Virus record (IMG/VR): IMGVR_UViG_3300043775_003665 | Coordinates: 1-60,974 of that record | Source of the DNA: a virus | Taxonomy: Duplodnaviria; Caudoviricetes | DNA: 60,974 bases | Strand: one strand, 5' to 3' | Shown here: piece by piece, positions 30,447 through 41,144 of the stretch | How positions within the stretch are numbered: position 1 is the first letter of the stretch | How the letters are laid out: each line of letters begins with the position of its first letter | Position numbers and translations under genes: made by a program | Notes under the pieces: model-generated | Database searches by the model: none | Seen by the model: the letters and a program-made list of their open reading frames with translations, nothing else | What the model was told of the DNA's origin: nothing

Positions 30447-32357
30447 TTAGAAAGCGGTTGGAGAAAGACCAATCATCGGGACAGGACCTCCTGGGGTTGG
30501 TATTTGTCCATTATATATGAATTTTAGGTCTTTAAGATGTTTTGCACATGATACTGCAACCGCAGCTGCAACTGCTTTAGTAGCAGTTTTTAAGGTTGGC
30601 TCAAGTTTAAATTTTTTACCAGTATTCCATGCTTTTCTTAAATCTGCTCCTAATTTTGCTTCATCTCCATAGTATATTGGAATGTAATTTCCAGGAGAAG
30701 GTATTAAACAAGGTAATATTGCAGGAGCTGCTGCAAATGGCTGTACTGCAGTAGATTTCCAATAGTCAAGTATACATTTTGACATTACACAATATGCATC
30801 ATTAGCGCCACATACACTTGCTGTTTTTTTATTTTTATTTGCTTTTTGATTAATGTATCGTATTTTTAAGTCGGCATATTTTAGTTTTTCATTATTATAT
30901 TTTTCAATCTTTGCATTTAATCTTATTGGTTCAGTTCTTAAAGACCATTGTTCAAATGTTTCAACTTCCACAATTTCGGCCTCAGGAGATACTACAGGCG
31001 CGTTGTCATCTAAAACTGGTTCACTTTCAACAATTATTGGGTTTTTATCCGGAGCGCCAGATTCATCATCATCGATTTCTTTAATGTATGTAAATGCGCA
31101 TATAGTATTTGACGTTATCCAATCAGGTATACTATCAGGTCTGTCAGTATATTCTTCTTGGAATAACCTATCGTTAATACCAGTGTCATTTTTACTTGCA
31201 TTCTTAGCAGTAATTATATTACTATTTTCCATTGAATTAATAACTGGCGATATATTCTCAATCACTTTTTTACTTACATTATCTGCTAATGCATCATTGT
31301 ATGAAATTCTTTTAACCCAATTTAAGAATTCTATCGTCCCATCATTTTGTTTTAATACTCTATCTGCAATTGAATTAATTTTATCAGTTTCTGACATGGG
31401 TTTTACAAGTTGAAACGCCTGGGGAGAATCTACTTTAATTTTACCCACACTTAAATCTTCTTTTATTTCTATAGAAGCACTTTTATTAATATTTTTAATT
31501 TCTGCAAGTTTAGATGCATCCATTGCGCTAATAAAGGTGTACTCATATTTGCCAGGATCAGTAGGAGCCAAAAACTTTACAACTCCTGCGCTATCAGATG
31601 TTATAACTGGTTGTATTTCTCCATTTAATGAATATGTAAATTCATATGGAGAAGTTCCATCTCCTCCAATAACTGACATTGTGACATATCTTAGATTTGG
31701 TTGGGCATTTTGTCCATTTCCACTTTCAACATTTCCAGAAAGATTTGGTTGGCTATTTTGTCCATTTCCAGCACCGGCGCCACTTCTAGCATTTCCGCTT
31801 CCAGCATTTCCGCTTCCAGCATTTCCAGAAAGATTTGGTTGGCCATTTTGTCCATTTCCACTTTCAACATTTCCAGAAAGATTTGGTTGGTTATTAAAAT
31901 TTTCAGGAGTTATTACATCAATATCTCCAAAAAGATTTGTTTCCGGAACTATTGGCTTTGGAATTATACATGTCGTAGGAAATAGAGGATAAAATTCAAA
32001 AGGAGTTATTGTTGATTTATTTGCTATAGTCCACTCTTCAAAATCACAATCAGTGTCGATACTTAAATCTACACCAGGAAGTTTTTCAAGCATATCATCA
32101 TATAATGGGTCTCCAAATTTATCTTCTAATTGAGGTTCAAGAGAGTTAAATAGAATATTGAATGCCTTTTTAAATCCAGTTTCAAGTATTGATTTTTGTC
32201 CAGGCTCATGAATATTTCCAAATGGAGTCTGTGCGGTTTTAACAGCATTAAAATATTCATTAGCAATAAACGTGCCGATGTCATCTGGGCTTTTAGCAGA
32301 TTTACTGGCCAGTTTGCTAGAAACATTATTAATAAATACTGGCCATTGTGCAGGCAT
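30447..32357 (-). CDS. Hypothetical (probably virion-associated) protein with internal repeat insertion
   Basis: 636-aa ORF directly downstream of the gp5-like gene; QPNLSGNVESGNGQN repeats. Confidence 0.55.
   Translation of the reverse strand: MPAQWPVFINNVSSKLASKSAKSPDDIGTFIANEYFNAVKTAQTPFGNIHEPGQKSILETGFKKAFNILFNSLEPQLEDKFGDPLYDDMLEKLPGVDLSIDTDCDFEEWTIANKSTITPFEFYPLFPTTCIIPKPIVPETNLFGDIDVITPENFNNQPNLSGNVESGNGQNGQPNLSGNAGSGNAGSGNARSGAGAGNGQNSQPNLSGNVESGNGQNAQPNLRYVTMSVIGGDGTSPYEFTYSLNGEIQPVITSDSAGVVKFLAPTDPGKYEYTFISAMDASKLAEIKNINKSASIEIKEDLSVGKIKVDSPQAFQLVKPMSETDKINSIADRVLKQNDGTIEFLNWVKRISYNDALADNVSKKVIENISPVINSMENSNIITAKNASKNDTGINDRLFQEEYTDRPDSIPDWITSNTICAFTYIKEIDDDESGAPDKNPIIVESEPVLDDNAPVVSPEAEIVEVETFEQWSLRTEPIRLNAKIEKYNNEKLKYADLKIRYINQKANKNKKTASVCGANDAYCVMSKCILDYWKSTAVQPFAAAPAILPCLIPSPGNYIPIYYGDEAKLGADLRKAWNTGKKFKLEPTLKTATKAVAAAVAVSCAKHLKDLKFIYNGQIPTPGGPVPMIGLSPTAF
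31693..31890. repeat. In-frame tandem repeats (48-bp and 15-bp units)
   Basis: agatttggttgg occurs 4 times; 48-bp unit encodes QPNLSGNVESGNGQNx; 15-bp unit ccagcatttccgctt encodes SGNAG. Confidence 0.9.
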
Positions 32358-32394
32358 GATGCGATTGTATTAATTTATAGGATATTTATCCCAA

Positions 32395-33114
32395 TTATTT
32401 ACCTTTCTGTTGATACTTTATATGCGAACTTTTAAGACTTGAAACTGTCGATGGAGTTGGCGCTGAAGGAGGTCCTGAAGGTCCCGTTGGGGTTGGATGG
32501 ATATGCGCTTTATAATCATCCAATAATTTATTTAACCATTTTTCTAAAGAAACTCCACGAACCGCAGGTTCAGCTTCATCTTCACTTCCCTCTCCGGTAT
32601 TACTTAAGAATATGTTTCCAGAATCAAGGAATATTTTTTCACTTGTTGAAATTTTAATAAATCCCTTTTCATCAATTTGAATTAATGGACGTTCTTTAGC
32701 TCCGGTTCCTCGGGTAATTACCAATCCATCTTCAGGAGAATGATAGATTCTAATATTTCTTACTTCGTCGTATATTAATGAAACAACATTATGAGCGGCT
32801 CCTGATTTATCTAGAATATCTGTCTTAAGAGCCTTACTTTGATTAATTTGAAACCAATATTCGGGATGATATAGATTACCGTTATCAAAACGAACGGCAA
32901 CCACGGTTCCAACATTTGGAGTATTGTGAGCTCCTACTAGGTCTCGATTCATTGGTGTTGCCCATGGAATAGCATCATTAGGTAGTTTATCAAACTTTCC
33001 AAATACTTTAACTCTACATCTTCCCCAATTCTTAGGATCTGCATTATCTACAACTTCGCCTATCCAATGGGTTTCTCTAATATTATCCTTTTCTAATTCA
33101 GTATCTGTTGCCAT
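32395..33114 (-). CDS. Baseplate central spike (T4 gp5 N-terminal OB-fold / gpV-like)
   Basis: GEVVDNADPKNWGRCRVKVFG..IPWATP..P.VG..V.V.F..G; C-terminal HIHPTPTGPSGPP metal-binding tip motif. Confidence 0.85.
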   Translation of the reverse strand: MATDTELEKDNIRETHWIGEVVDNADPKNWGRCRVKVFGKFDKLPNDAIPWATPMNRDLVGAHNTPNVGTVVAVRFDNGNLYHPEYWFQINQSKALKTDILDKSGAAHNVVSLIYDEVRNIRIYHSPEDGLVITRGTGAKERPLIQIDEKGFIKISTSEKIFLDSGNIFLSNTGEGSEDEAEPAVRGVSLEKWLNKLLDDYKAHIHPTPTGPSGPPSAPTPSTVSSLKSSHIKYQQKGK

Positions 33115-34322
33115 TATTTATAAATGTTACCTAGATTATTAATTGCAGCTTTATTAAGTCCTTGCCCTATTGTAGAACCGGGTTCTACTCCATAGACATT
33201 AGCTTGAATTGCAGCTCCTATATTTCGTCCTGAAGTTGCATTATTTAGTGCAGTAGTGGATGCTTGATCTGCTCTTCTTATAATATTTGAAAATACATTT
33301 TCAAATTTAGGAATTCTATTAATTGTTTCATCTTTTAATTTTTGAAGAAGTTCTGCTTTCTTTTTTTCAGCAAGAGCTTTAAGGTCTTCTTTTGCACTTG
33401 AAACTACACTATCAATTTTACCTTTAAGTTTGTCTTTAGCAAATTCAAGAGGTGTTTTTGAAGTACTTGAAAACATTTCTTGGTCAGGGGCGGGAGATAA
33501 TTGACCTTCTGCGTAGCTTTGTTTAATAATTCCATTTAATACTCTTGCTTCAACCTTTTCGATTTTTTCATATTTTATCGTAAGAGCCTCTTTTGCCATT
33601 CCAGGATTTTTATTAAGATCTGCAAAAACAGTAGTTCCTGATGCTAAATCAAACTCACAGTATTTTGCTCCTATCATAAAATAAGGGCGACCTTCTGGTC
33701 CAGAAATACCTGCATTTTTATTTTCAGTATCAATCTTTGGTTTAAAATTATCTGGAAACCCGGTTATTGCACTTTTATCTAGTTTCTTAGGAATTCCATT
33801 TACTTTTACATTTTCTAAAATTGCAATTGAACGTACTTCAGTAACATATACCCACATTCTAAACTTTCTTAAGTTAGCGGGAATTATATAACTCCATTTT
33901 CTCTCATCGAATATGGCTCTTCTATATAAATGCATTAAACCTGAAATTGTAAGATTTAAAGATTCTAGGGTTTCAATTTCAAATTTTGCATCATCACCTC
34001 CGATATATGCATTTTCAGGATTATATTGCTGCAATCTTTCAAGTCCCTTAAATGATTGCCAAAACCATGGCAATTCTCTATTAACTTCATTTAATGTTTT
34101 TATAAAATTCTTTAAGTCTTCAAGTCGATCATAATAAAAAGAATCAGATTCTCTGTCTGCTAAATCACGTAAAAATGACTCAGCCCCTCCAGCAAGAAGT
34201 GGTGAGCTTTCTATATCATAAAAATCAAATAATAGCGCAAAAGAAAGGTACGTTGGATCTTGGTAAGGAAATTTCCTATACGAACCCTTTCTAAAATCCA
34301 TTGGTGTTTTAAAATCTGACAT
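33114..34322 (-). CDS. Putative tail tube-like / baseplate-tube junction protein
   Basis: Position between hub and spike genes; coupled to the gp5-like gene; function inferred from context. Confidence 0.4.
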   Translation of the reverse strand: MSDFKTPMDFRKGSYRKFPYQDPTYLSFALLFDFYDIESSPLLAGGAESFLRDLADRESDSFYYDRLEDLKNFIKTLNEVNRELPWFWQSFKGLERLQQYNPENAYIGGDDAKFEIETLESLNLTISGLMHLYRRAIFDERKWSYIIPANLRKFRMWVYVTEVRSIAILENVKVNGIPKKLDKSAITGFPDNFKPKIDTENKNAGISGPEGRPYFMIGAKYCEFDLASGTTVFADLNKNPGMAKEALTIKYEKIEKVEARVLNGIIKQSYAEGQLSPAPDQEMFSSTSKTPLEFAKDKLKGKIDSVVSSAKEDLKALAEKKKAELLQKLKDETINRIPKFENVFSNIIRRADQASTTALNNATSGRNIGAAIQANVYGVEPGSTIGQGLNKAAINNLGNIYK

Positions 34323-34351
34323 GTATTATATATTATTTTTATTTAACGGTA

Positions 34352-36313
34352 CTATTGTTTTGGAACGTCTACTACATTAAAGCTTATTGGTCCTTTTTTA
34401 AATGTTTTTCCTTCTGCCTTTAAGGTAACAATTAGTGTATATTTTCCTTCTTCCATAGAACTTGCTTCGGTCATCATATCTATAAGAATTCCACCATCTT
34501 TTTTAACCCGCATTCCATTACTTTCGTTAATATCGAAACTATCTCCTAAACCAGCAACCTGATCTATTGTTGCACTAAATGAATCAAATACCAATTCGCC
34601 TTGTGGTCTATTTGCTGTATAACTTCCAGTTAGCAGAACATATTTGTTTTGATTTTGGAATGGAGACCAAGTATCCTGTTGAACATCTCCACCATTCATC
34701 GTAATATCGATCTTTAATGGTTCTTCTTTTTTAGGCGGTGCTGGCGGCGGCGGTGGAACCGGTTCCGGAGTTGCAGGCGGCGTAGGAGGCGGAGTTGCAG
34801 GCGTTGGTTTAGCAGCAGGAGGAGCTACTGTTTCTGGATTAATATTATTAATTCTGCTTGGCCATTCTCTTCTTAACAATTTTAATTTTTGTTTAACCGA
34901 TGGATCTCCTGCCTTGAAGGTGTATTCAATGCCTCCAACGACATAGTATGCTGATAAAAATTCATCTAGTACATATTTTCCAGGTTCTACTGTTGATGAA
35001 TCTGGATCTACTGTAGTATCAAATCCTTTTTCTTTTTTAGCATCTTTAATAACTTTATCAGCTCCTAATTTATCTTGTTGATTTGTGTAAATTGCGATTG
35101 GTAATTTTTGGAACAAATGGATTGCAGGATTAAAGGATGCCAATGAAACTTCCAATGACATTTTTTTAACCTCGTCCATATTTTGTGCATTGCTTATTGC
35201 AGCATATTCATAATTTAGATGGGTGTGCGAAGTTTCTGGATCTGCGTTTTTTCTACCAGTATATTTTGCTTTAGTTTCACCCTTATAACGGTCTTCATCT
35301 CTTCGACCCTTCATAGGTTCTTCAATATCTGACATTTTCTTACTGGCAAGAGGTTCAATTTCATGGCTTACTAGTCCTTCATCTGAATCATTTTCAAAAA
35401 ATTGAAGAGTCCTTTTATAACCATTCTTTTTAATTTTGCTTCCAGCACTATTTTCTAAAGACTGCGCCTCAATAAATAAGTTTGTACCTGCATCACGTTT
35501 ATGATTGGTTAATATAAGTGGTTTTTTGGTTTGATTTGCTGAATCATCTGATCCATTTCCTGGCATATCATTAAGTTCTCTATCATATGCAGAAATCATC
35601 TCTTCAATAGTCTCTTCTGATTCTAATAAAGTGTTTAAATTAACATAATTTATATAATAGTATTGATCGATACAATATGACTGGAAACTATCCTCGTCAA
35701 TATAGGAGTGTTTAACTAAATCTTCCAATGTATCAAACCTACTACTATATGGTAAGATCAGGTTCATTTTATCATCAGCAGAATCAATGTTGGTTGCAAC
35801 TCCAAGTTTTAAGTCATTTGCAATTGATTCAATATGCTCTAAAGAAGTACCTACTCCATACGACTTACATTCATCTGCATACAAACCAGGAACTTTAATT
35901 CTTCCAGAAAAATTATATTTTCCTCCTTTAACATTTGAGTTTTGTCGAGGTTGATCTGCGCTTGTAATATCAAAATCAATTCTAATATCTTTATATGAGC
36001 CTTTTTCAAGGGTACCCATTCTAAAATTAATAACATCGCCATCTCTAGGAAAAGTATCAATAGTGAATAATCCTTGAGTATCTGCAAGAGTAAGGTCTAT
36101 TGTTGGAAGAGATCCATTACAATCTAATGTCATTTTCAAAACATCTCGGTCACTAAAAACGTATCCATTGATAGAAACCATTAGTATATAACCTTTACTG
36201 GTGTTTACTTTAGTTGCATCACCTTCACCTTCACCGAACGATTCAAAAATAACCTCATCTAATTTAATAGTAGGTTCTGTTATTGTAAGAATATGATTAT
36301 CAATTGATGCCAT
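34352..36313 (-). CDS. Putative baseplate hub protein (gp27-like) with Pro-rich linker and extra C-terminal domain
   Basis: Follows the gp53-like gene; LSAYYVVGGIEY..QKLKLLRREW resembles the end of hub proteins; followed by a P-rich linker. Confidence 0.5.
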   Translation of the reverse strand: MASIDNHILTITEPTIKLDEVIFESFGEGEGDATKVNTSKGYILMVSINGYVFSDRDVLKMTLDCNGSLPTIDLTLADTQGLFTIDTFPRDGDVINFRMGTLEKGSYKDIRIDFDITSADQPRQNSNVKGGKYNFSGRIKVPGLYADECKSYGVGTSLEHIESIANDLKLGVATNIDSADDKMNLILPYSSRFDTLEDLVKHSYIDEDSFQSYCIDQYYYINYVNLNTLLESEETIEEMISAYDRELNDMPGNGSDDSANQTKKPLILTNHKRDAGTNLFIEAQSLENSAGSKIKKNGYKRTLQFFENDSDEGLVSHEIEPLASKKMSDIEEPMKGRRDEDRYKGETKAKYTGRKNADPETSHTHLNYEYAAISNAQNMDEVKKMSLEVSLASFNPAIHLFQKLPIAIYTNQQDKLGADKVIKDAKKEKGFDTTVDPDSSTVEPGKYVLDEFLSAYYVVGGIEYTFKAGDPSVKQKLKLLRREWPSRINNINPETVAPPAAKPTPATPPPTPPATPEPVPPPPPAPPKKEEPLKIDITMNGGDVQQDTWSPFQNQNKYVLLTGSYTANRPQGELVFDSFSATIDQVAGLGDSFDINESNGMRVKKDGGILIDMMTEASSMEEGKYTLIVTLKAEGKTFKKGPISFNVVDVPKQ

Positions 36314-36804
36314 TAAATAATGATTTGACCGTTACCGATTTTAATATTAGTGTCTCCTTCTTTTAAGATATTTGGAGGCAAAATTTGTTTTGCTCCATTT
36401 GGTTTTTGTGCAGCTTTTCTTTGCAAATATTCAATTCGTTTCGCATCTTTAACTGGAAGTCTTTTAGTATCTATGAATTGATCTCTAATTGAAATCTCAC
36501 TTGTTGTATTTAAAACTTTAATTTCTTTAATAACTTTAATTGCTTCTCTATGGTTTGGAATTAACAAAACATCTCCAAATTTTATAGAAAATGGATTTGA
36601 AATCCCATTCCATTTTAATATGTAGTCGCAGTAGTCTGCGCTTCTATAATGTAGTAATGAAATTAAGTCAATTCTACCAACCTGATCTTCAGTTACAATG
36701 TGTTCATCAATTGTGTTATTGTCATCTAAAAATACAAGGGTAGGTTTGGTAAACTTAAATCTACCATTTACTATTTTTTTATTATTTAATGTATTAAACT
36801 GCAT
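36313..36804 (-). CDS. Baseplate wedge LysM-like protein (T4 gp53-like)
   Basis: RIDLISLLHY......ILKWNGISNPF.I..GD.L.IP motif. Confidence 0.75.
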   Translation of the reverse strand: MQFNTLNNKKIVNGRFKFTKPTLVFLDDNNTIDEHIVTEDQVGRIDLISLLHYRSADYCDYILKWNGISNPFSIKFGDVLLIPNHREAIKVIKEIKVLNTTSEISIRDQFIDTKRLPVKDAKRIEYLQRKAAQKPNGAKQILPPNILKEGDTNIKIGNGQIII

Positions 36805-38651
36805 TATCCGTTACTTAATTTTCTAAAATTATTTACAAAAGTGTTTTTACCTGCACTTTTTCGATCTTTATTTCCATATTCATTAACATCAACCGTCTTA
36901 TTAATATCTGCAACATCGTCAGGTTGTAGGTAAAAACGTCCTCTTCCCGAGTTAAACATTGATTCAATTTCAGCCTTATCTCTTGGTCGACCTGGTTTTA
37001 ATTTAATAACTGCAGTCATATGTTCTGGAAAATCTTGTATTCCCATACCGCCTTCAAATGTAATTTCGCAATCAGTCATACATAAGTTACCAATTACCAT
37101 TATTGGATTGAGGGGGTTTCCAACTGTTAAATGCCAGTTTCCAGTTGGATCCCCTGTAAGTAATGAAGCGGCTGCCTGTCCTCCTTGGGGAGTGTTAAAC
37201 ATATCCATTGCCATACCTCCAATAAGATTATTTAGGAACTTATTATCTTTAAGAGCTCCTAAAGCACCTGAAACATCACCATTCATTAATGCTCCAGCGG
37301 CTCCACTAAACCCAGCGCCAGCTCCTTTAAACATTTTACCCATATCATCAATAATACTTCCGGCAAAACCAAGATAATCTCCTTCTCGAAGTTTACTTAA
37401 ATTACCTAATGGTTTTGCAACTGATCCATCGCTAATATATCTAACAGAACCTCCCCAAAAAGGAGCATTATTATATGTTAATGCCAAAATATTTGCAAGT
37501 TGGTCTAACATCATGATTTTAGGATTTGCTCCTTCAAATGCTCTAAGTTCATATTCAAACTTGATAGTAAATTCTTGTTCAAATTTAAGACCTTGCTCTC
37601 TAACCAATACGTTTTTAATAACGTTCATTGGTCCAAAAACATGGTTTGGATATGTAGCACTAAATGAATCGAATCCTGCATTTTGTTTATTAGCATTAGC
37701 AGCAACTGCGTCTCTACCAGACCCTGCATTTGCCATTGCAGAGAGTATTTTGTTTCCTTCAACCATACTACCAAATTTTCCGGAGCTGGCTCCTTGCTGG
37801 GAATTTAATGTTTGGACTGTTGATTCTGCATCTTTCCATGAATATCCATTTGAGAATTTTAGTATGTCTCCCATGTTATTACCTGGAGCTTCGCCAAGCC
37901 AAGTCACTGCTCTAGCAATATCTGGTTGTTGAATTTTTTCCATTGTTTTCCCGTCTGCAGAAAGTGCCTGCGGAGTTACAATATCATCCTTTGCTGGATA
38001 TGAAAATCTACGAAGAGTAATAAGCATATTGTTCGGTATTTTACCATAGAATTTTGCTAATGCAAAATCTGAGTATTGATATCTATACGCATAATTATCA
38101 GTAAGCGCTGAAGTTCTTTCTATAATCTGAGTTACTGTTGGATTTTTAAGGTCATTTATATTTATTTTTTGGTAAACTGTATCTCCTTTTACATTAGATT
38201 CGAATCCATTTATAGTAGAGTCTAACGGATTTCCTCTATAATTAATTAATGAATACTTATTAAAAGCAGAATATGGTCTTGGACCTATCGTTATTTTTTT
38301 ACCTTCTGTTCCGGGTTGAGTTGACTTATAAGTTTCAGAATCAACAATATCACTATAGTATTTAGACTTGCCAGCTTCAGCACCTAATATTGTAAAAGGC
38401 TCATCGCTAGCAGCAGCTCTTTTTTGTGTTTGATCTGCATTTTTTTTATTTGCACCAACTGCTGGTTTTTTACCCTTTGAACCTGAATGCACTCCATCTG
38501 GGTTAGACCCATCTAGATTATCAAGATCGTAGCCAGATACGTTTTTAACAGCACTAATAAACCCCTTTCCTATTGAAGAATCTTTAGTAGTTTTAAACGC
38601 AGATCCAGCCTTCTCTTTTACTTTATCAAAAAAGCCTTTTGCTTCAGCCAT
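36804..38651 (-). CDS. Putative baseplate tail-tube cap/initiator protein (gp48/gp54-like)
   Basis: FEQEFTIKFEYEL and WHLTVGNP..IGNL.MTDCEITF..P....A.IKL tube-fold-like segments; sits upstream of the gp53-like gene. Confidence 0.45.
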   Translation of the reverse strand: MAEAKGFFDKVKEKAGSAFKTTKDSSIGKGFISAVKNVSGYDLDNLDGSNPDGVHSGSKGKKPAVGANKKNADQTQKRAAASDEPFTILGAEAGKSKYYSDIVDSETYKSTQPGTEGKKITIGPRPYSAFNKYSLINYRGNPLDSTINGFESNVKGDTVYQKININDLKNPTVTQIIERTSALTDNYAYRYQYSDFALAKFYGKIPNNMLITLRRFSYPAKDDIVTPQALSADGKTMEKIQQPDIARAVTWLGEAPGNNMGDILKFSNGYSWKDAESTVQTLNSQQGASSGKFGSMVEGNKILSAMANAGSGRDAVAANANKQNAGFDSFSATYPNHVFGPMNVIKNVLVREQGLKFEQEFTIKFEYELRAFEGANPKIMMLDQLANILALTYNNAPFWGGSVRYISDGSVAKPLGNLSKLREGDYLGFAGSIIDDMGKMFKGAGAGFSGAAGALMNGDVSGALGALKDNKFLNNLIGGMAMDMFNTPQGGQAAASLLTGDPTGNWHLTVGNPLNPIMVIGNLCMTDCEITFEGGMGIQDFPEHMTAVIKLKPGRPRDKAEIESMFNSGRGRFYLQPDDVADINKTVDVNEYGNKDRKSAGKNTFVNNFRKLSNG

Positions 38652-38694
38652 TCCTATTAAATATATTTGTTTAAGTATATATCATCGAAACTGG

Positions 38695-39282
38695 CTATTC
38701 TAAATTATCGTAGTCAATAGATAGAGGTCTATATAATAATTTATCGAAGTAATCCTTTTGCATTCCGGCTCTTTTATCTAAAAACTTTTTAATATGAGCT
38801 TCAAATACTCCTCGACTTTCATAGTAATATTTACCCTTTGAATAGGCTGATCTAGTTGTAAGTTCATAAAGGTCTCTAATAGACTTTTCAACTAAGAAGT
38901 CTTGGATATTGTTCTGCAACTCATTAAGTTCATCATAAGTTCGAACACACATTACCGAGTCGACAACTATTAAGAAAGTTTCCCATTTTGAATCAATATA
39001 ATTCTGAAGTTCTTTTATATTGGGTATGTTTGTTCTAGAAATTCTAAAGATTGTATGTCCACCTTCGAAATTTCGGTCAAATTTCATATCAAACATATAT
39101 CTTTTAAGAAAGTCTATGTCGTCGTAAAACTTAACGATTCGGATTTGATATCTAGGCATTTTATCATTAAACTCAATATCGTGGATTATTGCCTTAACTG
39201 GGAAAACAATATTACTATATCGATTGTTAGTTATTAAAACATTGATATATTCACCCTTTGAAAAAAGTTTATGTCTAATCAT
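38695..39282 (-). CDS. Hypothetical protein
   Basis: 195-aa ORF overlapping the upstream gene by 8 bp. Confidence 0.7.
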   Translation of the reverse strand: MIRHKLFSKGEYINVLITNNRYSNIVFPVKAIIHDIEFNDKMPRYQIRIVKFYDDIDFLKRYMFDMKFDRNFEGGHTIFRISRTNIPNIKELQNYIDSKWETFLIVVDSVMCVRTYDELNELQNNIQDFLVEKSIRDLYELTTRSAYSKGKYYYESRGVFEAHIKKFLDKRAGMQKDYFDKLLYRPLSIDYDNLE

Positions 39283-39682
39283 TTTGTATTAATTGAATAC
39301 TGTCGAATTGAGATAATATTTTATCATCAATCTTTTTATTTTTATCGATGACAATTAAAGAGATAGAGAATTCTCTTTCTGTATTTGATTGAATTAATTT
39401 TTTGAAGTTACCTACAATATCATAATCAAGGTTTCTAAAAACATAAATTACGCGATCTACATCCTTTGTATCGGAACGTAGGCATCGCGTAATTTCATTT
39501 ATTATAGTTAATCCAATAATTGAGTCATTCGGGTCTCCACAGTATGGATCAGCCTTAATAAGTTTATTTTTAATACTAAAAAAGTCGATTATTTTAGTCG
39601 AATCTTTTATTGTACCTTTAATAAACCTGTTAAAATCTCTTCGTGAAGGGCACCAAATGCAATCAATTTGTAGGTTGTTCAT
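39275..39682 (-). CDS. Hypothetical protein
   Basis: 135-aa ORF in a tightly packed operon. Confidence 0.7.
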   Translation of the reverse strand: MNNLQIDCIWCPSRRDFNRFIKGTIKDSTKIIDFFSIKNKLIKADPYCGDPNDSIIGLTIINEITRCLRSDTKDVDRVIYVFRNLDYDIVGNFKKLIQSNTEREFSISLIVIDKNKKIDDKILSQFDSIQLIQND

Positions 39683-39998
39683 TAACTGTTAACTTGCCAC
39701 CCGATAATTTTTTAAGATCGGACTTAATAGCTTCTATTTTTTCATTTTTATCTTTATCATTTGGAATATAATCAATTCCCCATGATTCAATAATTTTGAT
39801 TTGGTTTTTACTTTTGGAATTACCAAAAGAAAGGCCTATGTCGATGCAAAGGTCTTCAATGAATTTAATTTTGGAAATTTGGTCAGAGAAATCATATACT
39901 ACTGTTGATTCATAACTTTCGCCTCCAGCATTTATATTATCATCTACTACCGTTTTAATAACACCATTATCTGCTAGTGTTATCTTAACTGTTTGCAT
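39663..39998 (-). CDS. Hypothetical protein
   Basis: 111-aa ORF in a tightly packed operon. Confidence 0.7.
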   Translation of the reverse strand: MQTVKITLADNGVIKTVVDDNINAGGESYESTVVYDFSDQISKIKFIEDLCIDIGLSFGNSKSKNQIKIIESWGIDYIPNDKDKNEKIEAIKSDLKKLSGGKLTVNEQPTN

Positions 39999-40380
39999 TT
40001 AATCTTCTCTCTATTAGTGAATCTTTAGCGTCCTTCATTAATTTTCTAGCAGCTTTTTTATCTTCTCTAAGAGTTTGTTTATTTTTAACGGATGATATAA
40101 AAAATGCCTCGCTCAGCATTTCGATTTCGGCATCATTATATCCAATCCATTTCCAAGTGTCTTTTAAACTTTCAGCTTTTTGCGCTAATTGCTCTTCTAA
40201 TTGGTCCATAATTCTTTTTTCATGGGCCTCTTTTGCTTCTTTAGTGCTTGCACGTAAGCTTTCTCTTAGTTGAATTCCTTCAGGAGAAAGTGGACTTAAC
40301 ATGTTCTTGATTTTTAAATAACCCATTGCGCTCAATTGAGCTCTTCTTTGTCTTCTAGAGACTGTTGCTGTTTTAGTCAT
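39985..40380 (-). CDS. Hypothetical basic coiled-coil protein
   Basis: 131 aa; N-terminal SRRQRR motif; helical composition. Confidence 0.7.
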   Translation of the reverse strand: MTKTATVSRRQRRAQLSAMGYLKIKNMLSPLSPEGIQLRESLRASTKEAKEAHEKRIMDQLEEQLAQKAESLKDTWKWIGYNDAEIEMLSEAFFISSVKNKQTLREDKKAARKLMKDAKDSLIERRLNANS

Positions 40381-40897
40381 TATAGTAATTGTTTATAAAA
40401 ATTGATACTTCTTCAGTTAAATATTCTTGTAGTTTATGTATCTCAATTTGCGACACTGCCACTTTTGCGATAGTTTTAATTAGTTCTTCTCTGTCCTCGT
40501 CCGCGTTATCTATTAACATGTCAAATACTTTTTTATTTGGTATGTTTAAGTTAATTTTGGCTTCAAAAGGCTCAACGTTCTTTTTAGACAATTTGTTAAT
40601 TAATTGTTCTATTGGAGATTCTTTAGGTTCAACGTGTGCTATTTTAGCAGTTGTTAGTTTTTCATTTTTTGTTACGTTAATTCCTTGTGCCATTCCAGAT
40701 AATTGATCTATTCCTGGAAATGGAATTACTCCATCTATAATCTCTTCTAAAAATTCTGGTAAAACATTATTGAATATTCTACTGCCATCTGTAAAGTTTG
40801 TAAATTCTCCATCATTAGATTCGACTTCTACTATTTTACCAAAGTCATCTCCAGTTTTCCATTGATATTTTTTTACAGTATCTTTCACTAGTTCCAT
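40373..40897 (-). CDS. Hypothetical protein
   Basis: ORF track starts at 40978; the ATG at 40897 (MELVKD) avoids a 35-bp overlap and has an A-rich leader. Confidence 0.65.
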   Translation of the reverse strand: MELVKDTVKKYQWKTGDDFGKIVEVESNDGEFTNFTDGSRIFNNVLPEFLEEIIDGVIPFPGIDQLSGMAQGINVTKNEKLTTAKIAHVEPKESPIEQLINKLSKKNVEPFEAKINLNIPNKKVFDMLIDNADEDREELIKTIAKVAVSQIEIHKLQEYLTEEVSIFINNYYND

Positions 40898-40943
40898 TTT
40901 TAATGTATTTTTATAATTATATTGTTTTTTGAAAAAATGTTTC

Positions 40944-41144
40944 CTAATCCAATTCAAAAAAAACTGAATCACTTTCATTTCGATATTTGTTTTTAAATTT
41001 ATCTATGTAATCTACCGACTTTGAACTACCAATTAATGCATCTACATTTTTCACATATCTTAAATAAAATAGTTCACTACCATTATTTTTAAGAAATTGT
41101 TTTAACTCTTTCTTTGCTGGTACAAATATATTATTAATGCTCAT
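40944..41144 (-). CDS. Hypothetical small protein
   Basis: 66 aa, overlaps the dCMP deaminase stop. Confidence 0.6.
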   Translation of the reverse strand: MSINNIFVPAKKELKQFLKNNGSELFYLRYVKNVDALIGSSKSVDYIDKFKNKYRNESDSVFFELD

